From assembly GCF_014656395.1 (NCBI RefSeq), contig NZ_BNCI01000001.1, forward strand, positions 925,893-965,892: a stretch of DNA of 40,000 nt, in the 5' to 3' direction. Below the pieces are notes generated by a model. It did not search any database. It was not told where the DNA came from and worked only from the letters and a program-made list of their open reading frames with translations. Below, piece by piece: positions 8,973 to 17,427 of this stretch. This stretch comes from Kordiimonas sediminis. Its GTDB lineage: Bacteria; Pseudomonadota; Alphaproteobacteria; Sphingomonadales; Kordiimonadaceae. A program made the translations under genes and the position numbers. Position 1 is the first letter of the stretch. Every line of letters starts with the position of its first letter.

Positions 8973-10193
8973 GTGAAAAAAGTATCGCCAGAAACTGTTG
9001 GTATGAACGCCGCAGGCCTTGACCGGATCGGGGCTCATTTGCGTAGCCGTTATGTTGATCCGGGCAAAGTGGCAGGTACGGCAACGCTTGTGGCTCGGCG
9101 GGGCCGCATCTGTTATCTGGAAACCGAAGGGGTTCGGGATATGGAACGCCAGACCCCAATGGCACTGGATACTATTTTCCGTATTTATTCCATGACCAAA
9201 CCGATCACCTCAATTGCCCTGATGCAGTTGTTTGAACAGGGAAAAATCTCCCTGACGGATCCGGTTGAAAAATTTATTCCCCGCTTTGCTGGTCTACAGG
9301 TCTGGAAGTCGGGGGCATATCCGCTTTTTGAGACCGTACCGAGTGCCAGACCCATGCAGATACGAGATCTGCTGACCCATATGTCAGGGCTTACATACGA
9401 TTTTATGCAGCAGAATAATGTCGATGCAGCATACGGTAGAAGCCGTATAGCCCATCCGAAGACCGGCTATACACTGGACCAGATGATTGATGAGCTGGCC
9501 GAATTGCCGCTGGTCTTTTCACCAGGGGAGCGCTGGAACTATTCTGTGGCAACGGATGTGGTCGGGCATATCGTCGAAGTGATATCGGGCAAGTCGCTGA
9601 AGGACTATTTCCAGGACCATATACTGGGCCCACTTGGCATGGTCGACACAGCATTTGAGATTGCACCAGACAAGCATGACCGGTTTGCCGCCTGTTACGA
9701 ACGTCGTCCAGACAAAAGTGTCCGTTTGCAGGATGACCCTCACAAAAGCACGTATCAGGATCGGACATTCTGGTCTGGTGGCGGGGGGCTGGTGTCTACG
9801 CTGTCGGATTATTACCGTTTTTGTCAGATGCTTTTAAATGGTGGGACGCAGGACGGTGCGCGGATCATAGGACCGCGAACGCTCTCCTTTATGCGCAAAA
9901 ATCATCTGCCGGGCGGTGTGGACCTGTCGCAGATTGCGGTCGGCAGTTTCAGCGAATCTGTTTATGAGGGCACAGGTTTTGGCCTGGGCTTCGGTGTGAA
10001 GGTCAATCCAGTGCAAAATGGATTGATGGGGTCAGAAGGAATTTACTTCTGGGGCGGCATGGCCAGCACCATTTTCTGGATCGACCCGGTCGAAGACATG
10101 ATCGTGATTTTCATGACTCAGCTTATTCCGTCCGGAACGTATGATTTCCGGGGACAGTTGGAATCGATCATCTACGGTGCGATTGACGACTAG
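8973..10193 (+). CDS. Serine hydrolase, beta-lactamase/esterase (class C-like) family
   Basis: SxxK motif SMTK. The listed start 8913 is a TTG in the loop of the upstream terminator. GTG 8973 is preceded by AAGGGGGA; ATG 9003 is an alternative. Confidence 0.8.
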   Translation: MKKVSPETVGMNAAGLDRIGAHLRSRYVDPGKVAGTATLVARRGRICYLETEGVRDMERQTPMALDTIFRIYSMTKPITSIALMQLFEQGKISLTDPVEKFIPRFAGLQVWKSGAYPLFETVPSARPMQIRDLLTHMSGLTYDFMQQNNVDAAYGRSRIAHPKTGYTLDQMIDELAELPLVFSPGERWNYSVATDVVGHIVEVISGKSLKDYFQDHILGPLGMVDTAFEIAPDKHDRFAACYERRPDKSVRLQDDPHKSTYQDRTFWSGGGGLVSTLSDYYRFCQMLLNGGTQDGARIIGPRTLSFMRKNHLPGGVDLSQIAVGSFSESVYEGTGFGLGFGVKVNPVQNGLMGSEGIYFWGGMASTIFWIDPVEDMIVIFMTQLIPSGTYDFRGQLESIIYGAIDD

Positions 10194-10211
10194 GCTGGCG
10201 GTACAGGGCTG

Positions 10212-10634
10212 TTATGCGGCGTGTTCTGCTGCCACGGTGCGGATACGTTCCAGCATGGAAAACAAGCCATTTGCCCGCATGGGGGACAGGTGCGCAGACA
10301 GGTCAAGCTGACCCAGAATGGCTTTCGCGTCGGTATCCAGAATTTGTTTGGGTGTTTTACCAGAGTGGATCAGGAGCATCAGCGCAACCAGCCCTTTAAC
10401 GATATGGGCGTCACTGTCGCCGCGAAAGCTTAATGTGCCGGCATCATCCAGTTCCGGCACCAGCCAGACCTGGCTTTGGCAACCGCGGACACGGGTTTCT
10501 TCGGTCATTTCACTGGCGTCAAGCGGCGGTAGTTTCCGGCCAAGGTCGATGATAAATCGATATTTGTCTTCCCAGTCGTCGAGAAACTCAAAAGTATCAA
10601 TCACATCGTCGATAGTAGTATCCAGATAATCCAT
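10212..10634 (-). CDS. sufE: Cysteine desulfuration protein SufE
   Basis: FEFLDDWEDKYRFIIDLG... and the active-site context RVRGCQSQVWL. Confidence 0.85.
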   Translation of the reverse strand: MDYLDTTIDDVIDTFEFLDDWEDKYRFIIDLGRKLPPLDASEMTEETRVRGCQSQVWLVPELDDAGTLSFRGDSDAHIVKGLVALMLLIHSGKTPKQILDTDAKAILGQLDLSAHLSPMRANGLFSMLERIRTVAAEHAA

Positions 10635-10717
10635 TGTCAGCGTCCCTGTGTCTTGACATTGCGCGCTTGTCCGTTGCTAATAGCCCGACCAGCCAGGGGC
10701 GTAAAGAGGAAATACAC

Positions 10718-12052
10718 ATGGAAAACCGGACTGATGACTATCCAAGCAAAACCTATGCTTGGTATACAGTCTTTTTATTGTTGGTAGTTTACACATTTTC
10801 GTTCATTGATCGTCAGATTTTGGGGTTACTTGGTCCTGCAATCATTGAAGACTTTGAAATCAGTGACACTCAGTTCGGTATATTAACCGGTTTTGCGTTT
10901 GCGGTGTTTTATACGGCCTTTGGCCTATTGTGTGCGCGCATTGCAGACAGTCGCCCACGTAAGGGGCTGATTGCAGTTGGATTGGCACTGTGGAGTTTGA
11001 TGACAGCCGGGTCTGCGCTCGCGCAAAGTTATCTGCATCTGTTCCTGATGCGTATGGGGGTTGGTGTCGGTGAAGCCACGCTGGCGCCGGGGGCCAATTC
11101 CATCATTGCGGATAGTTTCCCGAAAGAACGACTGGCAACTGCCTTGTCTGTTTATTCCATGGGAATTCCTGTCGGGTCAGCGATTGCCTTCATCATCGGC
11201 GGTAAGGTTCTGGAGATTTCCGAAAGCTTGCCAGATATCACCCTGCCTATGGTTGGGGCATTAAGTGGATGGCAGAAGACATTTCTGATCGTCGGTATCC
11301 CTGGTTTGCTGCTGACGGTTCTGATCCTGTTATTGAAAGAGCCAACGCGCAAAGGACTGACGGGCGATAAGGCGTCTTTACCGGTTAGCGAGGTTGTGGC
11401 GTTCCTGAAAACACGGGCCAGGGCGATGTCTGGTCTTTGTATGGGTGTGTCCCTGAATGCCTGCGTTGGGTTTGGTACGGCGACGTTCCTGACAATCTTC
11501 TTCATGCGGAAGCACGGCATGTCGCCTGCTGATGTGGGTATTACTTTTGGTGTTATGAGCCTGTTTACCGGTTCTCTCGGCCTGCTGGTCGGGGGATGGA
11601 TTGCCGACAAGCTTGTGTTCAAAGGACGAAAAGATGCGCATATTCTGGCGTTGATGGTAGCGCCTTTGGGATATTTTATTCCGTCTGTTCTTTTCCCGCA
11701 GATGTCTGACCTAACGATGGCGTGGATCATTTTGGGGGTGGCTAACTTCTTCATTAACCTGCCGTCCGGTGTTGCCTATGCCGGTCTGCAGATTATCACG
11801 CCGAACCAGATGCGCGGGCAGGTTATTGCGCTCTATGTGTTGACGACCAGTATTGTCGGGTACGGTGGTGGACCGTTCCTGATCGGTTGGATTGTGGATA
11901 ATGTTTTTGGCGATCCGATGCGGATTGATGATGCCATCAGTCTGGTGGTTTTAATCACCACCCCGATTGGTATTGCCTCGTTCCTCTGGTGCAGGAAGGC
12001 TTTTGCCCGTGCGGTTGCCGAGGAGGAGGCCCGGATCGCTGCCGGGGGCTAG
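10718..12052 (+). CDS. MFS transporter
   Basis: ATG 10718 is preceded by AAGAGG (the listed start 10634 is TTG and abuts sufE). About 12 predicted TM segments, with the typical FIDRQILG and loop GxLxDRxxRK-like (ADSRPRKG) motifs. Confidence 0.85.
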   Translation: MENRTDDYPSKTYAWYTVFLLLVVYTFSFIDRQILGLLGPAIIEDFEISDTQFGILTGFAFAVFYTAFGLLCARIADSRPRKGLIAVGLALWSLMTAGSALAQSYLHLFLMRMGVGVGEATLAPGANSIIADSFPKERLATALSVYSMGIPVGSAIAFIIGGKVLEISESLPDITLPMVGALSGWQKTFLIVGIPGLLLTVLILLLKEPTRKGLTGDKASLPVSEVVAFLKTRARAMSGLCMGVSLNACVGFGTATFLTIFFMRKHGMSPADVGITFGVMSLFTGSLGLLVGGWIADKLVFKGRKDAHILALMVAPLGYFIPSVLFPQMSDLTMAWIILGVANFFINLPSGVAYAGLQIITPNQMRGQVIALYVLTTSIVGYGGGPFLIGWIVDNVFGDPMRIDDAISLVVLITTPIGIASFLWCRKAFARAVAEEEARIAAGG

Positions 12053-12077
12053 GTGACCGGCCATCCTATTCCTTAGA

Positions 12078-12106
12078 CAAAAAAATACGGCCCCGATGGG
12101 GCCGTA
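12078..12106 (-). terminator. Rho-independent terminator of the psp operon (minus strand)
   Basis: On the minus strand: TACGGCCCC-ATC-GGGGCCGTA followed by TTTTTTTT. Confidence 0.8.
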
Positions 12107-12148
12107 ATTGGCAGGTACCAGACTTTACCCGGGATGGGCATCCCCTGA

Positions 12149-12538
12149 TCAGTCTTCGAGTGCCCGCAACTCGCGTTCCAGCTTAAATCGTTTGCTGGTC
12201 ATATAGGCTTCCATATCAGACGTCCGACGTTCGATATCGCGAAACCGCTTGCGCATTTCTGCTGCCGAATATTCGGGGGAAGTGCGCGTTTGTTTCCAGA
12301 ACTCTTCCTCGGTTTCGTCTTCGTATAAATCCTCGGGTTTTGGATCAAGCACGAAGCCCAGGATTACATAACCGATGACGAAGAGCCAGATCCCTGTCAT
12401 CAGGGCGCCGATTACTGATAGAACACGAACGGCGGTAACATTTATGTCCAGATAGTCTGCAACACCCGCACATACCCCCATTAGATTCCCCTGTGGGGGG
12501 ATTTTATACAGGCGGGTAGGTCTGTTCTTATAGGTCAT
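12149..12538 (-). CDS. pspC: Envelope stress response membrane protein PspC
   Basis: LYKIPPQGNLMGVCAGVADYLDINVTAVRVL plus a TM helix. ATG 12538 is preceded by GGAGGAG (listed start 12568 is GTG). Overlaps the pspB 3' end by 11 nt. Confidence 0.85.
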   Translation of the reverse strand: MTYKNRPTRLYKIPPQGNLMGVCAGVADYLDINVTAVRVLSVIGALMTGIWLFVIGYVILGFVLDPKPEDLYEDETEEEFWKQTRTSPEYSAAEMRKRFRDIERRTSDMEAYMTSKRFKLERELRALED

Positions 12539-12752
12539 CGGTCCGGCTCCTCCAGTCTGGAACTTCACTGTCTAAGATGCGTTCCATTGTTCTTAGTCTT
12601 TCTTCCAGTTTGTCTGACGATCGTCTGAGGTCAGACAGCGACAGTTCGTCTTCTGCCGAGATGCCTTTCATCTGCTTCCACTTTGTCACATAGTGAAAAA
12701 TGATCCAAAGGGGCACGACGATTGTCAGCATCAATATCATTAAAACTTCCAT
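12528..12752 (-). CDS. pspB: Envelope stress response membrane protein PspB
   Basis: 74 aa with an N-terminal TM helix, then LSLSDLRRSSDKLEERLRTMERILD. Located between pspA and pspC. Confidence 0.85.
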   Translation of the reverse strand: MEVLMILMLTIVVPLWIIFHYVTKWKQMKGISAEDELSLSDLRRSSDKLEERLRTMERILDSEVPDWRSRTDDL

Positions 12753-12776
12753 GGTGGTGTCCTCTCCCTTCGGGCT

Positions 12777-13469
12777 TTATTCAGCGGCCTTCTTTTTTGG
12801 TGAACCACCGTCGTTGGCTGTTTTTGCTTTCAGGGCAGCTAGTTCTTTTTCAATTTCCTCGTTTGATTCAAGGCTGTTGATTTCATCTGCCAGTGTCTGG
12901 CCTTTACCCAGATCAAAGGACTCGGCTTCGGCTTCCATACGGTCAAGACGGGTTTCAACTTTCTCAAACCGGTCAAAAGCATCCTGAATGCGGTTGTCAT
13001 ACAAATTCCTGCGTACGCGAACCTGGTTGGATACGGTTTTGTGCCGTGCCTGCAATGTTGCTTTCTTTGCTTTTGCTTCCCGCAGTTTGGCATCAAGTTT
13101 GATGACATCCTCTTCATGGCGGGAAAGGGCATCGGCAAGATGCTGTAGTTCCTCTTCCATGTGGGCGGCCATATCAGCAACTTTGGCTTTTTCGATCAGG
13201 GCACCCTTGGCAAGGTCATCCCGGCCTTTGGAAATAGCAAGCTCTGCTTTCTTTTCCCATTCAGCCTGGGCTTTTTCTAGCTTCTTCAGACGACGCTCCA
13301 CGTCTTTCTGGTCGGCGATTGCCTTTGCTGCGCTTGACCGAACCTCAATCAGTGTGTCTTCCATTTCCTGAATGACCATACGAATGATTTTGTTCGGATC
13401 TTCAGCTTTTTCCAGAATAGCATTGATGTTGGAGTTAATGATGTCAGTCAGTCTGGTAAAAACACCCAT
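12777..13469 (-). CDS. pspA: Phage shock protein A
   Basis: ATG 13469 (MGVFTRLTDIINSNINAILEKAEDPNKIIRMVIQEMEDTL...) is preceded by AAAGGAAA. Coiled-coil PspA/IM30 family. The listed start 13526 adds 19 unlikely residues. Confidence 0.9.
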   Translation of the reverse strand: MGVFTRLTDIINSNINAILEKAEDPNKIIRMVIQEMEDTLIEVRSSAAKAIADQKDVERRLKKLEKAQAEWEKKAELAISKGRDDLAKGALIEKAKVADMAAHMEEELQHLADALSRHEEDVIKLDAKLREAKAKKATLQARHKTVSNQVRVRRNLYDNRIQDAFDRFEKVETRLDRMEAEAESFDLGKGQTLADEINSLESNEEIEKELAALKAKTANDGGSPKKKAAE

Positions 13470-13632
13470 TGGGATTTCCTTTCTCTTTACTGTCCTCGCA
13501 ATTGTGATCGGGCTTTTGTTGGCCACTTTTTATATTGCTGTCGTTTATTCGTTATTATTTTTTAGTCCGTGGACGCCTCACAAGTCCGTGGGCCTCTCTT
13601 GTTGGGGTTCGGCTTATGCCGAACCCATACCA

Positions 13633-13803
13633 TTAATTAAGACGACGCCGGCGCCGGTTTTCACGACGGGCCCGACGGCATGCATCGGGTACGCGGCTAT
13701 CCGTATGGCGGTGATCGCCAAAGGCAGCCATCAGACCACCCGTTTGCACAACCGTATGGTCGGTGGCTTCTGAGGCCAGGGCTATGTCTATTAGTGTGTT
13801 CAT
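13633..13803 (-). CDS. Unlisted 56-codon ORF in the pspA leader (hypothetical small basic protein)
   Basis: Hand translation: ATG 13803...TAA 13633 gives MNTLIDIALASEATDHTVVQTGGLMAAFGDHRHTDSRVPDACRRARRENRRRRRLN. GAGGAAAG lies 8 nt upstream of the ATG. It sits between the sigma-54 promoter and pspA. No homology recognised. Confidence 0.3.
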   Translation of the reverse strand: MNTLIDIALASEATDHTVVQTGGLMAAFGDHRHTDSRVPDACRRARRENRRRRRLN

Positions 13804-13886
13804 CGTCTTAACTTTCCTCGCTTTTTAAAGTTTCTCGCTTTTTGCTGTCATTCAGCGTCTTGTTGCGCTGATGTGCTCTTACTTTG

Positions 13887-13901
13887 CATCGACCGTGCCA
13901 G
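13887..13901 (-). promoter_or_regulatory. Sigma-54 (-24/-12) promoter for the psp operon
   Basis: The minus strand reads CTGGCACGGTCGATGCA, matching TGGCACG-N4-TTGCW with GG and GC 10 nt apart. An A/T-rich tract and TTGCTAAT repeats (13974-13981, 13994-14001) lie further upstream toward pspF. Confidence 0.65.
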
Positions 13902-14010
13902 TTTTTGAAAAAAATATAAGTACTTGTAAATAAATGACAAAATTTTTCACATAGACGTGCGGTGTGATTTATATTGCTAATGGTTGGTATATTTTGCTAA
14001 TATATAGGAT

Positions 14011-15138
14011 ATGAAAAATAGACAAGATCAGATAATTGGCAGCTCCCCCGCTTTCCTTGACCTGCTGGACCAGATTTCCCGTGCGGCACCGCTGGATCGC
14101 CCTATGTTGGTGATCGGGGAACGCGGCACGGGTAAGGAGCTGATTGCGGCCCGACTGCATTTTCTTTCCAATCGGTGGAATGAAAATTATCAGAAGCTGA
14201 ACTGTGCGGCATTGCCTGACAGTCTGCTGGAAAGTGAACTGTTCGGGTATGAACCCGGTGCGTTCACCGGTGCCACCAAGCGGCGTAAGGGCCGGTTTGA
14301 AGTGTCTGACAAAGGCAGTCTGTTTCTGGATGAAATTGGCACCATGAGCATGAGTGCGCAGGAAAAACTCCTGCGGGTTATTGAATACGGGGAATTTGAG
14401 CGGGTAGGCGGGTCTGAAACCCAGACGGTGGATGTCCGTGTTATTGGGGCCACCAATATTGATCTGCCGTCCGCTGCGGCGGTGGGTGCGTTTCGTCACG
14501 ACCTTCTGGACAGGCTTGCGTTTGATGTTATCACCGTCCCTCCCTTGCGGGAAAGGAAAGAGGATATCCCGGTGCTTGCAGAAACCTTTGGTATGCAGAT
14601 GGCGCGGGAACAGGAGTGGCTTCAATTCCCCGGATATACCAAAGGGGCGATGGATGCGATGCTTGATTATCACTGGCCTGGGAATGTGCGTGAACTGAAG
14701 AATGTGGTGGAACGGGCTGTGTACCGCGCCTGGGACGGCGAAGAGCCAATTGATGACATTGTTTTCGACCCGTTTGCCAGCCCGTTTCGGCCCAAAGGTG
14801 TTGCCGCACAGCCCTTGTCGTCGCCGCCAGGGTACCGGCTGCCTGTTTCTAAAGGCGATACAGTAGCAGTGCCGCCAGCACCAGAAGCAGCCAGTACCGG
14901 CAAGGGGCACGGTAACGGTCTTGGCCAGTCTTTATCGCAGTTACCTGAAGGAGACTTCTGTCTGCGGTCAATGACAGCAGAGTATGAACGGACGTTGCTC
15001 GGAGACGTGTTAAAACGTAATCGCTATAACCAGCGGCAGGCAGCGAAAGAAGCAGGTCTCACATATGACCAATTTCGCCATGCCTTGAAAAAGCATGATA
15101 TTTTATCGGTTGACCCCGAAGCACAACCAGATGTCTAG
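14011..15138 (+). CDS. pspF: Sigma-54-dependent transcriptional activator PspF (no receiver domain)
   Basis: AAA+ domain starts at the N-terminus. Walker A GERGTGKE, GAFTGA motif (YEPGAFTGA), C-terminal HTH (NQRQAAKEAGLTYDQFRHALKKH). Divergent from pspABC. Confidence 0.9.
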   Translation: MKNRQDQIIGSSPAFLDLLDQISRAAPLDRPMLVIGERGTGKELIAARLHFLSNRWNENYQKLNCAALPDSLLESELFGYEPGAFTGATKRRKGRFEVSDKGSLFLDEIGTMSMSAQEKLLRVIEYGEFERVGGSETQTVDVRVIGATNIDLPSAAAVGAFRHDLLDRLAFDVITVPPLRERKEDIPVLAETFGMQMAREQEWLQFPGYTKGAMDAMLDYHWPGNVRELKNVVERAVYRAWDGEEPIDDIVFDPFASPFRPKGVAAQPLSSPPGYRLPVSKGDTVAVPPAPEAASTGKGHGNGLGQSLSQLPEGDFCLRSMTAEYERTLLGDVLKRNRYNQRQAAKEAGLTYDQFRHALKKHDILSVDPEAQPDV

Positions 15139-15259
15139 GCTGATAGCTGTTAATCACAGGTACGCTGCAGAAAAGTATCCAGAGGGAATGCCAGACAGAA
15201 TTAATGTCTGGTGCATTGTCAGGCTTTGACGCGGCTAACCTTTGTGTCATAGTGCCGCC

Positions 15260-15604
15260 ATGTCAGAGAATATTCATATAAAACGACGCCAACGGAAGCG
15301 GAATAAACCGGTCCTTACTACGCGTCATATCATTATCCTGCTTGTTTTGTGCCTTGGGGTTTTCGCCGGATTTCGTATTTGGGTGGGTAATCCGACAGAA
15401 GGCTTATGTGAAGGCGACTGCGAGTCCCTTTATAGTTTGAATGCACTGGTCATCGGTTTTTTTATGATGATCGGTGCTGCAATTGCAGCAGGGGGGCTTG
15501 TGGGGGCCTTTTGGGCTTTCCTGCGTCGCCGGCGACAGGCCGACGGCTTTGAAGCCATGCTGCGTGACGGCAAGGATAAGGATCAGGGGTCTACTGGGAC
15601 ATAA
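15260..15604 (+). CDS. Hypothetical membrane protein (two TM segments)
   Basis: ATG 15260 (listed start 15242 is TTG). Basic N-terminus KRRQRKRNK followed by two hydrophobic helices. Confidence 0.45.
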   Translation: MSENIHIKRRQRKRNKPVLTTRHIIILLVLCLGVFAGFRIWVGNPTEGLCEGDCESLYSLNALVIGFFMMIGAAIAAGGLVGAFWAFLRRRRQADGFEAMLRDGKDKDQGSTGT

Positions 15605-15676
15605 ATAGTATCTGTTTGTGCACCTGAGATCACAGGGATGTACAGCCAGAAGTGTTATCACTGGGGAGAGTAAAAT

Positions 15677-17341
15677 ATGCGGAGCCTGTTATCAGTTGCG
15701 GTTGCAACAGTACTTAGTTTCGGTGCTGCGGCGCAGGACATTGCGGACATGGTTATATGGGGTGGGCCTATCTACACGGCCGACGATCAGCAGCCTACAG
15801 CCGAAGCGGTTGCCATTAAAGATGGCCGGTTTATTTATGTTGGGGCCAGGGCGGGTGCCGAGGCATTGGTGGGGGCACCTACTACAGTATTATCCCTGGA
15901 CGGAGCTGCATTGTTTCCGGGATTTGTTGACGGGCATGCGCACTTGTCGGGTATTGGTGAGCGTGAGCTGACCCTTAACCTTGAAGGCATTGATACGCTG
16001 ACGGGTATTGTGTCTGCCGTTGCGGCCCGCAACGAATCTGAGCCGGATCAGCCTGTGATGGTTGGTAGAGGCTGGATTGAAACGCACTGGCCGGAAAAAC
16101 GGTTCCCGTCGCGTTGGGATCTTGATGCGGTGGTTGCAGATATCCCTGTGATTCTGTGGCGTGCGGACGGCCATGCGCTTGTCGCGAACTCCAAGGCGCT
16201 GGAGCTCGCCGGCATTACGGGCGAGACGGAAGTGCCGTTTGGCGGCGATATCCTGAAAAATGCCCTTGGTGAACCAACGGGCATGTTGATTGATACAGCG
16301 ATGGCGCTTGTCGGCGGGCTGTTGCCGGAAAGCACCCCTGATGTTGCAGCAAAACAGTTGGTGACGGGCGGTACTGTCTATGCTCGATACGGCTGGACAG
16401 GGCTGCATAATATGTCTGTGCCGTGGTCAGAACTAGGGATTATGGAACAATTGTCCGATACGGGCGATCTTGGTATCCGTGTGTATAATTCCGTGGATAT
16501 GGGCGACAGTGCGTCCTTGTTCCAAACGGGTAGCCGGTCCAGTCAGAATGGACGTATCGTTACACGTGCCATTAAAATGTATATGGATGGTGCGCTTGGC
16601 TCGCGCGGGGCTGCGCTTCTTGAAAAATATAGCGATGCTGACACCTCTGGTCTTGTTATGATGAAGCCAGAAGAAACACTGCCGATTATGGAAGAAGCCC
16701 TGCGCCGCGGTATTCAGATTAATACCCATGCGATTGGGGACCGCGGCAACCGTATGGTTCTTGATTGGTATGAACAGACTTTTCCAAAAGTGGCGATTGC
16801 AGACCGCGTCGTTGCGGATCCGATGTGGCGCATCGAGCATTCGCAAATTGTAAACCCGGCAGATATCCCGCGTTTTAAATCGCTGGGTGTTATTCCAAGC
16901 ATGCAGCCAAGCCATGCGATCGGTGATCTGCATTTTGCACCGGCACGACTGGGCGATGCACGGTTGATAGGGGCCTACGCGTGGCAAAGTCTGATAAGTA
17001 GCGGTGTAATCGTTGTAGGTGGGTCTGATGCTCCTGTTGAACGCGGTGATCCCCTTATTGAGTTTTATGCCGCGGTGGCGCGTACCGACCTGAATGGGTA
17101 CCAAGGCGAAAACTGGCATGCAGAAGAAGCCGTCAACCGGGAAAATGCTCTGAAAATGTTCACTCTGTGGCCGGCTGTCGGCTCGTTTGCGGCAGACCGC
17201 CTTGGGTCTATCACTGTTGGCAAGGCGGCAGACCTGACGGCGTTTGATATTGATATTATGACCGTACCTGCTGCGGAAATACCAAAAGGCAAGGCGATCC
17301 TGACGATGGTCGCGGGGGACGTCCTGTTTATGGAAGAATGA
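15677..17341 (+). CDS. Amidohydrolase family protein (Amidohydro_3/YtcJ-like), secreted
   Basis: GGGGAGAG lies upstream of ATG 15677. Signal peptide present. Metal-binding HxH in FPGFVDGHAHL. 554 aa. Confidence 0.85.
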   Translation: MRSLLSVAVATVLSFGAAAQDIADMVIWGGPIYTADDQQPTAEAVAIKDGRFIYVGARAGAEALVGAPTTVLSLDGAALFPGFVDGHAHLSGIGERELTLNLEGIDTLTGIVSAVAARNESEPDQPVMVGRGWIETHWPEKRFPSRWDLDAVVADIPVILWRADGHALVANSKALELAGITGETEVPFGGDILKNALGEPTGMLIDTAMALVGGLLPESTPDVAAKQLVTGGTVYARYGWTGLHNMSVPWSELGIMEQLSDTGDLGIRVYNSVDMGDSASLFQTGSRSSQNGRIVTRAIKMYMDGALGSRGAALLEKYSDADTSGLVMMKPEETLPIMEEALRRGIQINTHAIGDRGNRMVLDWYEQTFPKVAIADRVVADPMWRIEHSQIVNPADIPRFKSLGVIPSMQPSHAIGDLHFAPARLGDARLIGAYAWQSLISSGVIVVGGSDAPVERGDPLIEFYAAVARTDLNGYQGENWHAEEAVNRENALKMFTLWPAVGSFAADRLGSITVGKAADLTAFDIDIMTVPAAEIPKGKAILTMVAGDVLFMEE

Positions 17342-17375
17342 TAGCGGTTGCTATTTGTATGATCTACCAGAATGT

Positions 17376-17401
17376 AAAAAGGGGCCATTTGGCCCCTTTT
17401 T
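17376..17401. terminator. Bidirectional rho-independent terminator
   Basis: AAAAAGGGGCC-ATTT-GGCCCCTTTTT between convergent genes (stops at 17341 and 17428). Confidence 0.85.
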
Positions 17402-17427
17402 CCGTAGTCATATCTGGTTACAAGAGT

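Noticed and set aside
9578-9586. AGTGATATC inside the serine hydrolase gene matching 9 nt of the TIR
   Set aside because: Only 9 nt match, it lies within a coding region, and there is no flanking similarity. This is consistent with chance.
13372-13773. 133-codon plus-strand ORF spanning the pspA 5' end and leader
   Set aside because: It starts inside pspA on the opposite strand and has no RBS. The hydrophobic stretch comes from translating the antisense of the pspA N-terminus.
13969-14910. 313-codon minus-strand ORF
   Set aside because: It is antisense to pspF (clear AAA+/GAFTGA protein on the plus strand). The product is low-complexity and Arg/Pro/His-rich.
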